Shown here: positions 14,469-24,418 of the stretch, in pieces | Position numbering within the stretch: position 1 is the first letter of the stretch | Layout: every line of letters starts with the position of its first letter | Virus record (IMG/VR): IMGVR_UViG_2734482570_000015 | Source of the DNA: a virus | Taxonomy: Duplodnaviria; Heunggongvirae; Uroviricota; Caudoviricetes | Direction: 5' to 3' (one strand) | Length of the DNA stretch: 44,534 nucleotides | Position numbers and translations under genes: made by a program | Notes under the pieces: model-generated | Database searches by the model: none | Told to the model about the DNA's origin: nothing | The model's input: the letters and a program-made list of their open reading frames with translations, nothing else

Positions 14469-14566
14469 AATTAAATATTCCTTAAAAATTTGCGTAATTG
14501 TGAATAGATGGAGTAATGAGCTATCCAGCCCTGACACCAGCTCCCATCCGGAAGCTGACAAATGTG

Positions 14567-15331
14567 TTAATCAACGATTGTGATACCGTCTTTCAATGCG
14601 TTTTGCTTACCTGCAACATCCAGTGCATCAAAAGCAGAGCGTTTCATCGTTTTCTGACCAATATCATGCTGTGTCGGACGGGAGCCGCCGCCATTGTTGC
14701 CACTGGCTTTCAGGATGTAGTCTTTCTGAGGGTAATTTTCGACAAGGAACTCCAGCGCCTCATCAAACTGCGCCAGTTCGCCAGGCTTCGCGCGGGAATA
14801 AATTTTGTTGCCGGAAGCGTCATAAGCAACGATCCTCCCTTCTTCCACTTTGAATGCCTGCCCGAAGCGGGCTTGTAATAAATCTGCCGGGATCGCAATT
14901 TTATCGGCAATATATTTTGAACCCGCAAAACTACCGCCAATCATAGAATCGTAAAGCTGCTTCTCCAGCATCTGAGAGCGTTGCTTTTCTTCATCTAATT
15001 GCTGCTGAAAATTTTTCGTAATTTCTGCCTTAACCTGGTCAACCTGTCCCGCATCGAGCAGCTTTTTCTGGTCGATTTTTGACAGCATTTCCAGTGCCTC
15101 GATCGCCTTCTTCGGGTCTTCGATAGCGGCAAACTTAGCCAGTTTTTCCTCTGCAGCTTCTTTAGCCAGGCGATGATTTTTTGCCTCGCCATTAAGCTCT
15201 GTAATTTTTTTTGTCGCCAGCGGTGCATCGAAGCCAATTTCTTTACCATCGTCGTGCACATAAACTGGCAGGCCAGCAGTATCAATTTCTGCGTATTGTT
15301 TTCCGTTAATCTCGACCGTTTTCAGTTTCAT
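14567..15331 (-). CDS. Head scaffolding protein
   Basis: Charged, predicted coiled-coil ORF (AKEAAEEKLAKFAAIEDPKKAIEALEMLSKIDQKKL); likely start MKLKTVEINGKQ; lies between the morphogenesis and capsid genes. Confidence 0.55.
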   Translation of the reverse strand: MKLKTVEINGKQYAEIDTAGLPVYVHDDGKEIGFDAPLATKKITELNGEAKNHRLAKEAAEEKLAKFAAIEDPKKAIEALEMLSKIDQKKLLDAGQVDQVKAEITKNFQQQLDEEKQRSQMLEKQLYDSMIGGSFAGSKYIADKIAIPADLLQARFGQAFKVEEGRIVAYDASGNKIYSRAKPGELAQFDEALEFLVENYPQKDYILKASGNNGGGSRPTQHDIGQKTMKRSAFDALDVAGKQNALKDGITIVD

Positions 15332-15435
15332 ATTAGTACCTGGTTTAAGTCTTCCGACAGTTACGCTGCTCACCATCCGGATCGCAGCAATAAAAAAGGC
15401 CACCCGAAGGTAGCCTGTTGTAATAAATGATTTAT

Positions 15436-16551
15436 TTAAATCCCTGCTTTTCTGAATACCTGTGCATCACGCTCACGGAGCTGCTTCAGCGTCAGCCATT
15501 CGCCTTTATCGGTGTAAAATTCATCTGGCGACATACCACCATCCCGAATCAGCTTTGCTCGGCTTTCCCCCACAATCTGTTTTTGTCTGGTGTAAGGCTG
15601 ACGCAAAAACCATTCCCTGTAGGTTGTATCTCCGGCCACCACGCCATCCATGCTGGCCCGCTCAGCCGGGGAAATATCGCGAACATCAATACCCAGTTCC
15701 TTCGCTGATTTCAGAATGAACGTTTCCGTTGAGCGGCAGCAGAAATGAATTTTTCCCGGCCCCTGCAAATAAGGCACGCTGTGACCTACAGGTTTATTAT
15801 TCAGCGTATATTTGAGGCGATCCCTGATTCGACATTGTGGCGTAGTACGATTATCAAGCGTTGATAACCATTGCTTACCCTTAATCAAATCATTATTCGC
15901 GCTGGCAAAACTCTCACGGGCAGTAGCAGCAAGATGTCCAACCGCTGTTTTTGCAATGCTGGCCGCATTAGCCCGGCTCATCTGCAATGCACCATCCTGA
16001 AATCCCTTACTGACATGTCCCCGAATTTTTCTTGCGATCTGCTCATTGGTATCCCCCAGCAAAAAACCCTGACGCACTGTATTTGTTATGCGTCTGAGCC
16101 GATCCGCCTCAAGATCTGAGGCCCACTCACTGAGCAGTCGTCCCTGGAATGGTCGCGCCATTGCAGCGGCATAAAGTGCATCAGGAGAGATACCAACCAG
16201 AGGGTGAACATCAGCAACAAAATCAGGTAGCATAGAATCAAACAGACTTAACTGATAACCAGCCTCATAAATTGCCAGCTCGTTCAGCTCTCCGGAGAGA
16301 CTGGTAAACATGCTGTTAATAGCAGTGCGGTTAACCTCTCTGACGCTCGCCAGAAGTGACTCCAGGCGCTTAACGGTAAAACTACCTGGATCGAGGCTGT
16401 CCAGTGCTATCAGCAGGCGAGCAGTAAGTTCCGCATCGCTGTCATTCAGTATTTTCACCATTCTGGCAGCCACGCCAGTGCTATAGCGGGATATCCAGAC
16501 TGCATGAGCAATTGATTCATCACGCAGCCGTTCATTCACGGTTTGCATCAT
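15436..16551 (-). CDS. Head morphogenesis protein (Mu gpF / SPP1 gp7-like minor head protein)
   Basis: 371 aa; directly downstream of and overlapping the portal gene; family assignment from memory. Confidence 0.6.
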   Translation of the reverse strand: MMQTVNERLRDESIAHAVWISRYSTGVAARMVKILNDSDAELTARLLIALDSLDPGSFTVKRLESLLASVREVNRTAINSMFTSLSGELNELAIYEAGYQLSLFDSMLPDFVADVHPLVGISPDALYAAAMARPFQGRLLSEWASDLEADRLRRITNTVRQGFLLGDTNEQIARKIRGHVSKGFQDGALQMSRANAASIAKTAVGHLAATARESFASANNDLIKGKQWLSTLDNRTTPQCRIRDRLKYTLNNKPVGHSVPYLQGPGKIHFCCRSTETFILKSAKELGIDVRDISPAERASMDGVVAGDTTYREWFLRQPYTRQKQIVGESRAKLIRDGGMSPDEFYTDKGEWLTLKQLRERDAQVFRKAGI

Positions 16552-17938
16552 TGATTTCCATCAGCATTACACTCTGATTTTTTAATTCATCGATCACTTC
16601 CTCTGGACGGGAATCCTGATCGATAAATTTCAACGCCTGCAACACCCGAACCGCATCAATCTGACGTATATCACCGCCCTGACGCAATGACTGAACAGCC
16701 AGCGCGGAGGATGAGTCAAACACCTGGGCAGATACATCCAGTTCAGTGCGCACATCCACATTGCCACCGCAACTCTCTCCGATCCATTCCGCCATTATCT
16801 GGAGAATATTATCGAGGGCATCTTCGAGGGAGTTCGCCATTGTATAAAGCGGCGAGTTTTCCTGCATTCGCTCTTCATTAGTCTGATCAACAGATTTGGT
16901 GGATGTATTTTCAGCACGCAGAAGTTTAGCGCCGGCATGACGCATCTGATTTTCCAGCTTCTCAAGTGATGTTTCGCCAGATTCTATCGCTGCGCCACTA
17001 TGTTCAACATATTCGAGGCCATTTTTTGTTCTGTCCTCAAAAATCGTAGCGGTGGATGCACCAACCGTCAGTTCTTCATTCCTGTCCAGCCCGTAGGCCA
17101 CCAGCAATGGAACGCGGGCAACATGAAGAATATTGTCCTGCTCGCTCTGGCTTTGCCAGTGCTTGATATTCAGCAAGCCAAGATTAAGCAATGGCGGTGT
17201 ACCACGCATAAATCCTGTTTTCTTCGTGTACAGTGTTACCAGAGGAATATCATCACGGCTGGTATTCCATGACTCATGAAGCGTCCAGACAGATTCGCCA
17301 TTAGTGCCTTCGCTACGTCGATAAATTTCAACTCGACGGGGCATAATATGGCGGATCTGCTCCACCTTCTTCTGCCCGAAATCATCACCATCAATAATGA
17401 TGACCTCTTTTATACGCAAATCAGTGAGAACAACTTTCCCTTTTTCAACTTTCGATTTCCATCCAATAACCTGGCGTGGATTCAGCATCGTAACGTACGG
17501 ACGACCACCGGTCGCGTTTTCATCGGCTTTTGTCCGAATCTCTTTCATATCCGTTCGTGGATAGTCCACCAGCGCATGTGCCACACCATACTGAAATGCG
17601 AGGCTGAAAAATTGCTGCGCCCACACATCCAGTCGGCTCCCCTCCATGTCGATATTTTCTGCATATTCCCTGATTTTTGCCGGCGTTTCCTCACTCAATA
17701 CTGTCGGCTCTGCAAATATGCGCCCAATATTTTGCTTGATGCTTTCTTCATACACAGGAAGTAGCGTAGCCACAGACAGGCGTTTTTTATAAGCGTCTTC
17801 ATCTTCGTTAGGCCATTTTGGGAGATAATTTTCCCCCTGCCTGCGCATTTCAAGCGTACCGCCCATCAGTGCGTCGTTAATATCCCACGCCTCCAGCATA
17901 TCGTTATAGTCGAGGTTGGGTGTTGATATATCAGCCAT
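16532..17938 (-). CDS. Portal protein
   Basis: 468 aa, immediately downstream of the terminase large subunit gene. Confidence 0.7.
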   Translation of the reverse strand: MADISTPNLDYNDMLEAWDINDALMGGTLEMRRQGENYLPKWPNEDEDAYKKRLSVATLLPVYEESIKQNIGRIFAEPTVLSEETPAKIREYAENIDMEGSRLDVWAQQFFSLAFQYGVAHALVDYPRTDMKEIRTKADENATGGRPYVTMLNPRQVIGWKSKVEKGKVVLTDLRIKEVIIIDGDDFGQKKVEQIRHIMPRRVEIYRRSEGTNGESVWTLHESWNTSRDDIPLVTLYTKKTGFMRGTPPLLNLGLLNIKHWQSQSEQDNILHVARVPLLVAYGLDRNEELTVGASTATIFEDRTKNGLEYVEHSGAAIESGETSLEKLENQMRHAGAKLLRAENTSTKSVDQTNEERMQENSPLYTMANSLEDALDNILQIMAEWIGESCGGNVDVRTELDVSAQVFDSSSALAVQSLRQGGDIRQIDAVRVLQALKFIDQDSRPEEVIDELKNQSVMLMEINDANRE

Positions 17939-17940
17939 AA

Positions 17941-19251
17941 TTAAATCCGAAGTGATGTGACTCTTCCGGTCGGTTTGACAATAGGGAATTGCTTAACGAT
18001 GAAATAACCTCCGGCATCATTCGGGTGATCATTGCCAGATTTTTTATCAGGCTCCCCCTTCTCATCCCAGACCTGTTGCTCCAGAGATTCGGCATATAAC
18101 GGGCAACGCTTCACATTAACTTTATAGCGACGCTCACCATTGGCATTGCAGAACATTGCATTCATTGAGTTAACGCGATCTTTTACTGGCGGGTTCGAGC
18201 TGTTCACCACAACGTTAAAACCAGCCTGCTTAAGCTGGGCTATATCCGTCGTACTTGCGTTACTTGATTTTCTGGAATCCCCGGAAGCATCTGGATAAAT
18301 ATAAATTTCCCTCACTTTCCGGTAATCATTCCCATCATACAGCCAGAAGCGTTCTTTAATGATGCGGATCATATCCGGCGTATCGTAGGCATTGATGATT
18401 TCAGTTACCGCACATGGAAGCCCCAAACGCAGCACATGGACGATTCCCGCCATCTTTCCAACGTTAAAATCCATCCCAATATAAATCGGCTCCCCTGGCT
18501 GCTCCACTTCTTCGCAATTATTCAGTTTCCGGTCAAACTGATGGTAAACAGTACCACTTGTCAGGTTAGTAAACTGTCCTCGAAGATAGGCTTTAATCAG
18601 CTCTGGAGGGTATGATTCAAGAAGCGAAGGAATGTAATCTGCTGGCAGGTTCTTTTCATTATCGAAAGTAGATGCCTGCACCAGACCATACAGTGAGGCC
18701 AGCTCTGTTTTTTCACGCACGGCTTTAACAAACTGCTCGTAGACAAATTTGAATCCTTCCGGCGTGGTTGTAACGTCAATACCGTTGCGAAGTCCATCAA
18801 TCTTATAACGCATACGTGCAATTATCTTGCGCCACGCCGTTCTGGCTTTTTCCTTCGGCAAAATGTCCAGTTCATCCACCAACGCATTACCAATTTTGAA
18901 ACCGACGATCGTTTGTGGCTTCTCCATCGATCTGCAGATAGTGGTTCCCCGATACTGGCGTCCGTAATAAAAGTGAACCTCTTTATTTCCCTCATTAATT
19001 TTTACGTTCAATCCCCAGTCAGCAGCAACTTCTTCCACTGTAGGGTAAAAAATATCGCGAATTTGGGGATACGTTGGCGCAAAATATCCCTGATTTATAC
19101 CTGGATGCTCCCAAATCCCCTTGCATATGCCGCCACACCCAACCCATGTTTTGCCCGAGCCAAAACCAGCAATATAGGCTTTAAATTTATGGGGCATTGA
19201 AAGAAATCGCGCCTGAGGCACATTAAGCGTCGGAGAGATCATCTTCATCAC
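17941..19251 (-). CDS. Terminase large subunit
   Basis: 436 aa with Walker A-like GFGSGKT near the N-terminus and acidic motifs (LVDELD, IGMDFN). Confidence 0.8.
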   Translation of the reverse strand: MMKMISPTLNVPQARFLSMPHKFKAYIAGFGSGKTWVGCGGICKGIWEHPGINQGYFAPTYPQIRDIFYPTVEEVAADWGLNVKINEGNKEVHFYYGRQYRGTTICRSMEKPQTIVGFKIGNALVDELDILPKEKARTAWRKIIARMRYKIDGLRNGIDVTTTPEGFKFVYEQFVKAVREKTELASLYGLVQASTFDNEKNLPADYIPSLLESYPPELIKAYLRGQFTNLTSGTVYHQFDRKLNNCEEVEQPGEPIYIGMDFNVGKMAGIVHVLRLGLPCAVTEIINAYDTPDMIRIIKERFWLYDGNDYRKVREIYIYPDASGDSRKSSNASTTDIAQLKQAGFNVVVNSSNPPVKDRVNSMNAMFCNANGERRYKVNVKRCPLYAESLEQQVWDEKGEPDKKSGNDHPNDAGGYFIVKQFPIVKPTGRVTSLRI

Positions 19252-20317
19252 TCCTTACTCTGGCATCAACCACATTAATATTGATCGCCACAGGCTGGGG
19301 ATGTTCATTATCTTCCACCGTTTCGATCTCTTTGCGCAGCTTCTGGTTTTCCATTCTGCGCCGTTCAATTTCCAGTTCCCGTAGCCGCTTATCTGCACAT
19401 AAAGCCCCGCCAGCAGAAAACAAACGCAACAATTCACGCCGGGCGGCAGCCTTATCCTCCAGCAGGATCTCAACGCCGAATTTTCCGAATTTTGCCCCTG
19501 CATATAATTGCCGCGCATCCCCATCAAGCAGAGTGGTATCAGCCATATAAAGCTGTCCCGTTCCCTCACCGCAGCACTTCGGGCAGTCCGGATTGGGTAT
19601 GGCGTTATCAACAAAGCCGAGGCCTCCATATTCCGGTTCGGGTTTGCCATCTCTGGAAGCCTGCGCCGCTGCCTTGTCGAATTCTGCTATATCGCGCCAC
19701 TGGTAGAGATGATTCTCGCCCCAGCAATAACGGCAGTTAACACGGCGAAATTGTGCAAGCTGATTGGGGTCGGCCAGGACAATAGCCATCAACTGACTCA
19801 CTAGTAAATCCAGGTCTGCGGTATAGCGTTTCTGGTACTGATTGCGGAAGTAGCTGATAGCGCGAAAAACCCTGGCATTTCTAAGCATACGACTGGCGTT
19901 GCTGTTAGCTGTCGCACCTTGCCCCTCATAACCGGCTAGTCGGTACGCCTCTGTCGGCTTTTTACCCTGAGCAACAAGCATCGCAAACTTAGCCTGCTGG
20001 TCAGAAATGCCGAATTCATCGGGACAGAACGAAAATTCCTCCGCGTCGCCCTCATTCAGGCCCGCATCGAATACTGGCTTTTTTTCCTGAGATTTTTCGT
20101 TCCGCTTTTGTGCAGTCTGCGCAGATTTTTTCTGCGCACTTTTTTGCGCAGTTTTGCACATTTCTGTCTGCGCATTTTTCGGAGTTTTTTTGATGTAACG
20201 ACGGGCTGTTGCGTAATTCAGTCCCCTTGCTTCACACCATGCCACCGGAGATATACCGGAGCGGGTGTATTCAGCAATATACTCCTGCTGCAACGCCCCC
20301 CAGTCCGGTCTGCTCAT
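19223..20317 (-). CDS. Terminase small subunit (putative; N-terminal HTH, C-terminal Cys cluster)
   Basis: 364 aa; N-terminal HTH-like segment (GISPVAWCEARGLNYATARRYIKK); overlaps the start of the terminase large subunit gene. Confidence 0.6.
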   Translation of the reverse strand: MSRPDWGALQQEYIAEYTRSGISPVAWCEARGLNYATARRYIKKTPKNAQTEMCKTAQKSAQKKSAQTAQKRNEKSQEKKPVFDAGLNEGDAEEFSFCPDEFGISDQQAKFAMLVAQGKKPTEAYRLAGYEGQGATANSNASRMLRNARVFRAISYFRNQYQKRYTADLDLLVSQLMAIVLADPNQLAQFRRVNCRYCWGENHLYQWRDIAEFDKAAAQASRDGKPEPEYGGLGFVDNAIPNPDCPKCCGEGTGQLYMADTTLLDGDARQLYAGAKFGKFGVEILLEDKAAARRELLRLFSAGGALCADKRLRELEIERRRMENQKLRKEIETVEDNEHPQPVAININVVDARVRSDEDDLSDA

Positions 20318-20320
20318 CAG

Positions 20321-20572
20321 TTAGTCCTGATTTTTATCCACCCTGAGTAGTTCGCGCAGAGCAAAGGCATCCCCTTTTCTGGCAAGCTTAAACAATGCCG
20401 CTCGTAACTCGGCTTCACCTTTCGCTCTGCCCTTACGGATGGCCGCATAAAAATCTGTCATTGCTTCCCGATTTTCTTTCAGTCGGTTCAGATCAACATC
20501 CAGAACGTCAGCGATTTGTTGTGCAGTCATCCGGCACGCTGCCAGAGACTCGACTTTCGAATACGGAATCAT
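20321..20572 (-). CDS. Small hypothetical DNA-binding-like protein
   Basis: 83-aa ORF (possibly starting at the internal MTAQQIADVLDV) just upstream of the terminase small subunit gene. Confidence 0.4.
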   Translation of the reverse strand: MIPYSKVESLAACRMTAQQIADVLDVDLNRLKENREAMTDFYAAIRKGRAKGEAELRAALFKLARKGDAFALRELLRVDKNQD

Positions 20573-21440
20573 TTGTCACCCCCATTGATATGCAGGGTGT
20601 CTTCTTCCTGTATTTTTCGTGAAGGATTTTTACTGCAGCGTTGTTCCAGGTGACCTGATGGTGAATGCGTTTATGACTGGCACCCATAAGTGAGATTTTT
20701 ACGCACGACGGCGCATACATGACGGAGTAAAAACTTTTAACGTAGGTTCCGGAATCCAGATACAGCTCGGTCATTCCGCCGCTGTTTTTCTGCGTCTGTT
20801 TCTGCCCTAACTGGACAGCACCGATCGTCATAAACAATTCACCACAGCGACCGAGATTCGTGTACGTATTCACATCCTCGTTAATGCGCCCCATGAATGA
20901 GAACGGTCGATCAACCGAACAGATAAAGCTGTTCATTGCCTTGCGTTTCACCCACGAAGCATGGCCGCCATTGTCACCAAGAAAATCCCCGCCCTGCGAC
21001 ATAGCGATGGAAAGAGCAGGTATTGATTCGTAGTACGCAAGCATTTCAGAAAGGATCTCATCCAGTTTCCTTATCGGGAAATAGGCCTGGTCATAGTTGC
21101 GATCCACCCGAAACTGGAACTCGTGATAATCATCATCGAGCTGAATGAAGTATTTACACCCGACCAGTTTTGCCTGGTCGAAACAGGCATTACGGGCGTA
21201 AAAAATTGAGCGGCGGTCACTAAAATTATCGGCTTCGTCAAAACGACTAGCAATATCGGCTTTGGAAAATACCAGCACCTGTTCACCAAATTCAGCCATG
21301 TACTGATGCCGTGTCTTATCTTCATCATCAACAACGATAAAAATTTTCCCGGTATAGCCAGCACGACGCAACGTCCGGTAAGTCAGAACTTTGTCCGGTC
21401 GCCCGTGAGTCAGAATAAAGGCGCAAAAATCATCACGCAT
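20508..21440 (-). CDS. GT-A-like nucleotide-sugar glycosyltransferase-like protein (putative; function unknown)
   Basis: 310 aa from the ATG with a GGAGGAGGA Shine-Dalgarno sequence. N-terminal FILTHGRPDKV...IFIVVDDED and a DxD-type motif YFIQLDDDYHEF. Start overlaps the ParB-like gene stop by 8 nt. Confidence 0.5.
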   Translation of the reverse strand: MRDDFCAFILTHGRPDKVLTYRTLRRAGYTGKIFIVVDDEDKTRHQYMAEFGEQVLVFSKADIASRFDEADNFSDRRSIFYARNACFDQAKLVGCKYFIQLDDDYHEFQFRVDRNYDQAYFPIRKLDEILSEMLAYYESIPALSIAMSQGGDFLGDNGGHASWVKRKAMNSFICSVDRPFSFMGRINEDVNTYTNLGRCGELFMTIGAVQLGQKQTQKNSGGMTELYLDSGTYVKSFYSVMYAPSCVKISLMGASHKRIHHQVTWNNAAVKILHEKYRKKTPCISMGVTNDSVFESRVSGSVPDDCTTNR

Positions 21441-22221
21441 ATTCCTCCTCCCCGCCATGCATGATCTCCACCATGCGCTGCGTCATTCGGACAAATCCAT
21501 TTTCAATAGCCTGCTGATAATCAATGATCACCAGCGCCGACTCCTCGAAAAGGCACTGAATTTCAGCGGGGGCATGAGCGTAATAGTCCGCAATTCTGCT
21601 GAAATTAAACACCGTGTGACGTTCTGCTGCACACAGGAGGAATTTCTCAATATCAGGATCAAGGGACGCCGAACGTATCCGGCTGATCAGCTCCTGAGTT
21701 TTCGTATCGTCGTACAGTTCACTGATATCCGGTTTACCGCCTGACGGCTCATAAACAGGCGTATCAATTTTCGTCGTATACGGCTCCTCCTCATTTCCTG
21801 TACCGGGCAAAACATCCGTCAACAGTTCATCAATTTCTGCCGGGATGAAGCCTGTCAGGGAGACATCAAAATCAGCATTGATTAGGTCCGACAGCTCCAT
21901 CCGCAACAGATCTTCATCCCAGCCAGCATTCATCGGCAGGCGATTATCTGCCAGGCGGTACGCCTTTTTCTGCTCATCCGTCAGGCCAGACAGAACAATG
22001 ACCGGAACAGAATCCATTTTGAGCATTTCAGCCGCCATAACACGACCGTGACCCGCAATAATTTCGCCCTTTTCGTCAATCAGCACCGGATTAGTCCAGC
22101 CGAATTGCTTAATACTTTCTACCAGTTGTGCCACCTGCTCAGTACTGTGCGTCCTGGCGTTGTGCGCATACGGTGACAATTCTTGTAATGGGCGATAGAC
22201 TATCTTTAATTTCTCGCTCAT
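21433..22221 (-). CDS. ParB-like N-terminal (ParB/Srx) nuclease domain protein
   Basis: 262 aa with ParB-N-like signature (YAHNARTHSTEQVAQLVESIKQFGWTNPVLIDEKGEIIAGHGRVMAA...AYRLADNRL). From memory, the K-12 Rac ynaK fragment is this family. Confidence 0.65.
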   Translation of the reverse strand: MSEKLKIVYRPLQELSPYAHNARTHSTEQVAQLVESIKQFGWTNPVLIDEKGEIIAGHGRVMAAEMLKMDSVPVIVLSGLTDEQKKAYRLADNRLPMNAGWDEDLLRMELSDLINADFDVSLTGFIPAEIDELLTDVLPGTGNEEEPYTTKIDTPVYEPSGGKPDISELYDDTKTQELISRIRSASLDPDIEKFLLCAAERHTVFNFSRIADYYAHAPAEIQCLFEESALVIIDYQQAIENGFVRMTQRMVEIMHGGEEEYA

Positions 22222-22248
22222 ACAGCCTTGCTTTATGAATAAAACGCA

Positions 22249-22272
22249 CCCCAGCAGCCAGTGCTACTGGGG
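22249..22272 (-). terminator. Possible terminator downstream of trkG
   Basis: Inverted repeat CCCCAG...CTGGGG followed on the minus strand by tgcgTTTTATT; the U-tract is offset, so weak. Confidence 0.35.
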
Positions 22273-22358
22273 GCGGAGGTGTTGCTGGTAAAGTTAGGTA
22301 TTGGATCAATGAGTGAGTCAACATAATATTAAACTCACAATTATAAATCAGCCATATA

Positions 22359-23816
22359 TTAGGAGCGCCAAAAAAAACCTGAAAACAATATAATAACAGG
22401 ATAAATTTCAAGGCGACCAAGAATCATAGCTATGCACATTAAATATTTTGCAATGTCATTAAGCACTCCGAATGACGATGCAGTAGCCCCAAAACCTAAT
22501 CCCATATTATTAATACATGCAGCCACTGTTGCAAATGATGTAAGAAAATCATATCCCATACCATTTAACACCAGTATAAAAAACACCGTGAAGAGAGTAT
22601 AAAGAAAAAAGAAACTCCATACAGACCTCATTACACGATCTGTAACTATCTTCCCTCCTACATTTACACTCAACAACGCTCTGGGATGAGAAAGCTGATT
22701 TATCTCGTGTTTGCTTTGTTTGAAAAGTATAAGAAATCGAAGTGACTTAATTCCACCACAGGTTGAACCTATACATCCCCCAAAGAAACTTGACAACAGC
22801 AAAAACACTATCGTGTGCGTGGGCCAGTTTGCATAATCCTGCGTAGCTAAACCATTATCAGTGAGCATGGAGCTGGCAAGAAAAAACGAATGAATAAAAC
22901 TTCCATGCAAGTCATACATACCTATATGCCAGACCTGGAAAGAGGTAACAATGATCACCCCTAAGGCTATTAACAGAAAGAAACGAAGTTCAATATCTCT
23001 GATTAAAGGTTTTATCGTTTTTCTGCTAATAACAATATACCAAAGAGTGAAGTTGAAAGCCGATAGCAGGGAAAAAGAACCAGCCACCAGCTCAACCAAA
23101 TAGTTATTAAAATATCCGATACTCTCGCTATGAGTTGAGAAACCACCAAGCGAAACTGTGGAAATCCCGTGACAAATAGCATCAAACAAAGGCATTCCTG
23201 CAAGTCTATAACAGACAATACAAGCAATACCTAATAAAGAATAAGTTATCCACAGTGTCCGTGACGTATCGGCCAGGCGGGGAGTGAGTTTGTCATCCTT
23301 AAATGGCCCCGGCATTTCTGACTGATAAAGCTTTGCACCACCAATACCCAATAATGGCAATACTGCAACCGCCAGAACAATAACTCCTAAACCACCTATA
23401 AAATTTAACTGTGACCGATAGTACAAATATGCCCGAGGTAATGAACTAACATCATCAATTACAGTTGCTCCTGTTGTTGTTATTCCAGAAACCCCTTCAA
23501 ACAGAGCATCAATGAACGTTAAATTAAGTTCTGAGTCAATCCATAAAGGGAATGCACTAATAACAGAAAACAAAATCCAAAACATTACAATTATAATAAA
23601 CCCATCACGGGTACGTAATTGAATGCCAGATTTCTTAGTTGTATACCACGCTCCGCCACCAATGCAAAAAAATATAACGAAAGTTATAAAGAAAACGAAC
23701 AGGCTTTTTTCTTTATAAAACAATGCTACAACCATTGGTGGCAACATTGAAAGACTATAGAGCCAAACCAGGAACCCACACATATGAGTAACAACTCTTA
23801 CATGAGATGTATTCAT
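22359..23816 (-). CDS. trkG: TrkG potassium uptake protein (TrkH/TrkG family); low-GC moron inside the late region
   Basis: 485 aa from MNTSHVRVVTHMCGFLVWLY; multi-pass membrane protein. trkG is a known Rac prophage gene in K-12. Gene and upstream region are visibly AT-rich. Confidence 0.85.
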   Translation of the reverse strand: MNTSHVRVVTHMCGFLVWLYSLSMLPPMVVALFYKEKSLFVFFITFVIFFCIGGGAWYTTKKSGIQLRTRDGFIIIVMFWILFSVISAFPLWIDSELNLTFIDALFEGVSGITTTGATVIDDVSSLPRAYLYYRSQLNFIGGLGVIVLAVAVLPLLGIGGAKLYQSEMPGPFKDDKLTPRLADTSRTLWITYSLLGIACIVCYRLAGMPLFDAICHGISTVSLGGFSTHSESIGYFNNYLVELVAGSFSLLSAFNFTLWYIVISRKTIKPLIRDIELRFFLLIALGVIIVTSFQVWHIGMYDLHGSFIHSFFLASSMLTDNGLATQDYANWPTHTIVFLLLSSFFGGCIGSTCGGIKSLRFLILFKQSKHEINQLSHPRALLSVNVGGKIVTDRVMRSVWSFFFLYTLFTVFFILVLNGMGYDFLTSFATVAACINNMGLGFGATASSFGVLNDIAKYLMCIAMILGRLEIYPVIILFSGFFWRS

Positions 23817-23953
23817 ATCTAAATATTCTTTCAATTATAACCACCTTGCTGCAATATTATGATTATACTGTATAAAATTTAACTCCTCTTAGATCTTACT
23901 TCACTGTTCCTTATGAAACAATCATCAAAATGAATCATATTGTAGTTAAGATT

Positions 23954-24418
23954 TTACTTTAAACACTGCTCGGTTATGTATTGCTGAGCACCTTCAAGTT
24001 GGGCCTGCATCATTACCAGTCGTTCCCGGAGGGTGAAATAATCCCGTTCAGCGGTGTCTGCCAGTCGGGGGGAGGCTGCATTATCCACGCCGGAGGCGGT
24101 GGTGGCTTCACGCACTGACTGACAGACTGCTTTGATGTGCAACCGACGACGACCAGCGGCAACATCATCACGCAGAGCATCATTTTCAGCTTTCGCATCA
24201 GCTAACTCCTTCGTGTATTTTGCATCGAGCGCAGCAACATCACGCTGACGCATCTGCATGTCAGTAATTGCCGCGTTCGCCAGCTTCAGTTCTCTTGCGT
24301 TTTTGTCGCGCTGGGCTTTGTAGGTAATGGCGTTATCACGGTAATGATTAACAGCCCACGACAGGCAGACGATGATGCAAATAACCAGAGCGGAGATAAT
24401 CGCGGTTACCCTGCTCAT
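23954..24418 (-). CDS. rzpR: Rz i-spanin
   Basis: [50 protein letters not shown] matches lambda Rz as recalled. Confidence 0.85.
   Translation of the reverse strand: MSRVTAIISALVICIIVCLSWAVNHYRDNAITYKAQRDKNARELKLANAAITDMQMRQRDVAALDAKYTKELADAKAENDALRDDVAAGRRRLHIKAVCQSVREATTASGVDNAASPRLADTAERDYFTLRERLVMMQAQLEGAQQYITEQCLK
24013..24198 (-). CDS. rzoR: Rz1 o-spanin lipoprotein, embedded in Rz in the +1 frame
   Basis: 61 aa beginning [23 protein letters not shown] (lipobox VVGC) with a proline-rich segment [15 protein letters not shown]; fully nested inside Rz. Confidence 0.85.
   Translation of the reverse strand: MRKLKMMLCVMMLPLVVVGCTSKQSVSQCVKPPPPPAWIMQPPPDWQTPLNGIISPSGNDW

Noticed and set aside
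14469-15403. N-terminal extensions of the capsid and scaffold ORFs in the track (starts at 14561 and 15403)
   Set aside because: Internal ATGs have better Shine-Dalgarno context and the extensions overlap neighbouring genes; shorter starts used.
22139-22420. 93-aa ORF overlapping the trkG stop and the ParB-like gene start
   Set aside because: Overlaps two well-supported genes and the intergenic terminator; low-complexity translation.
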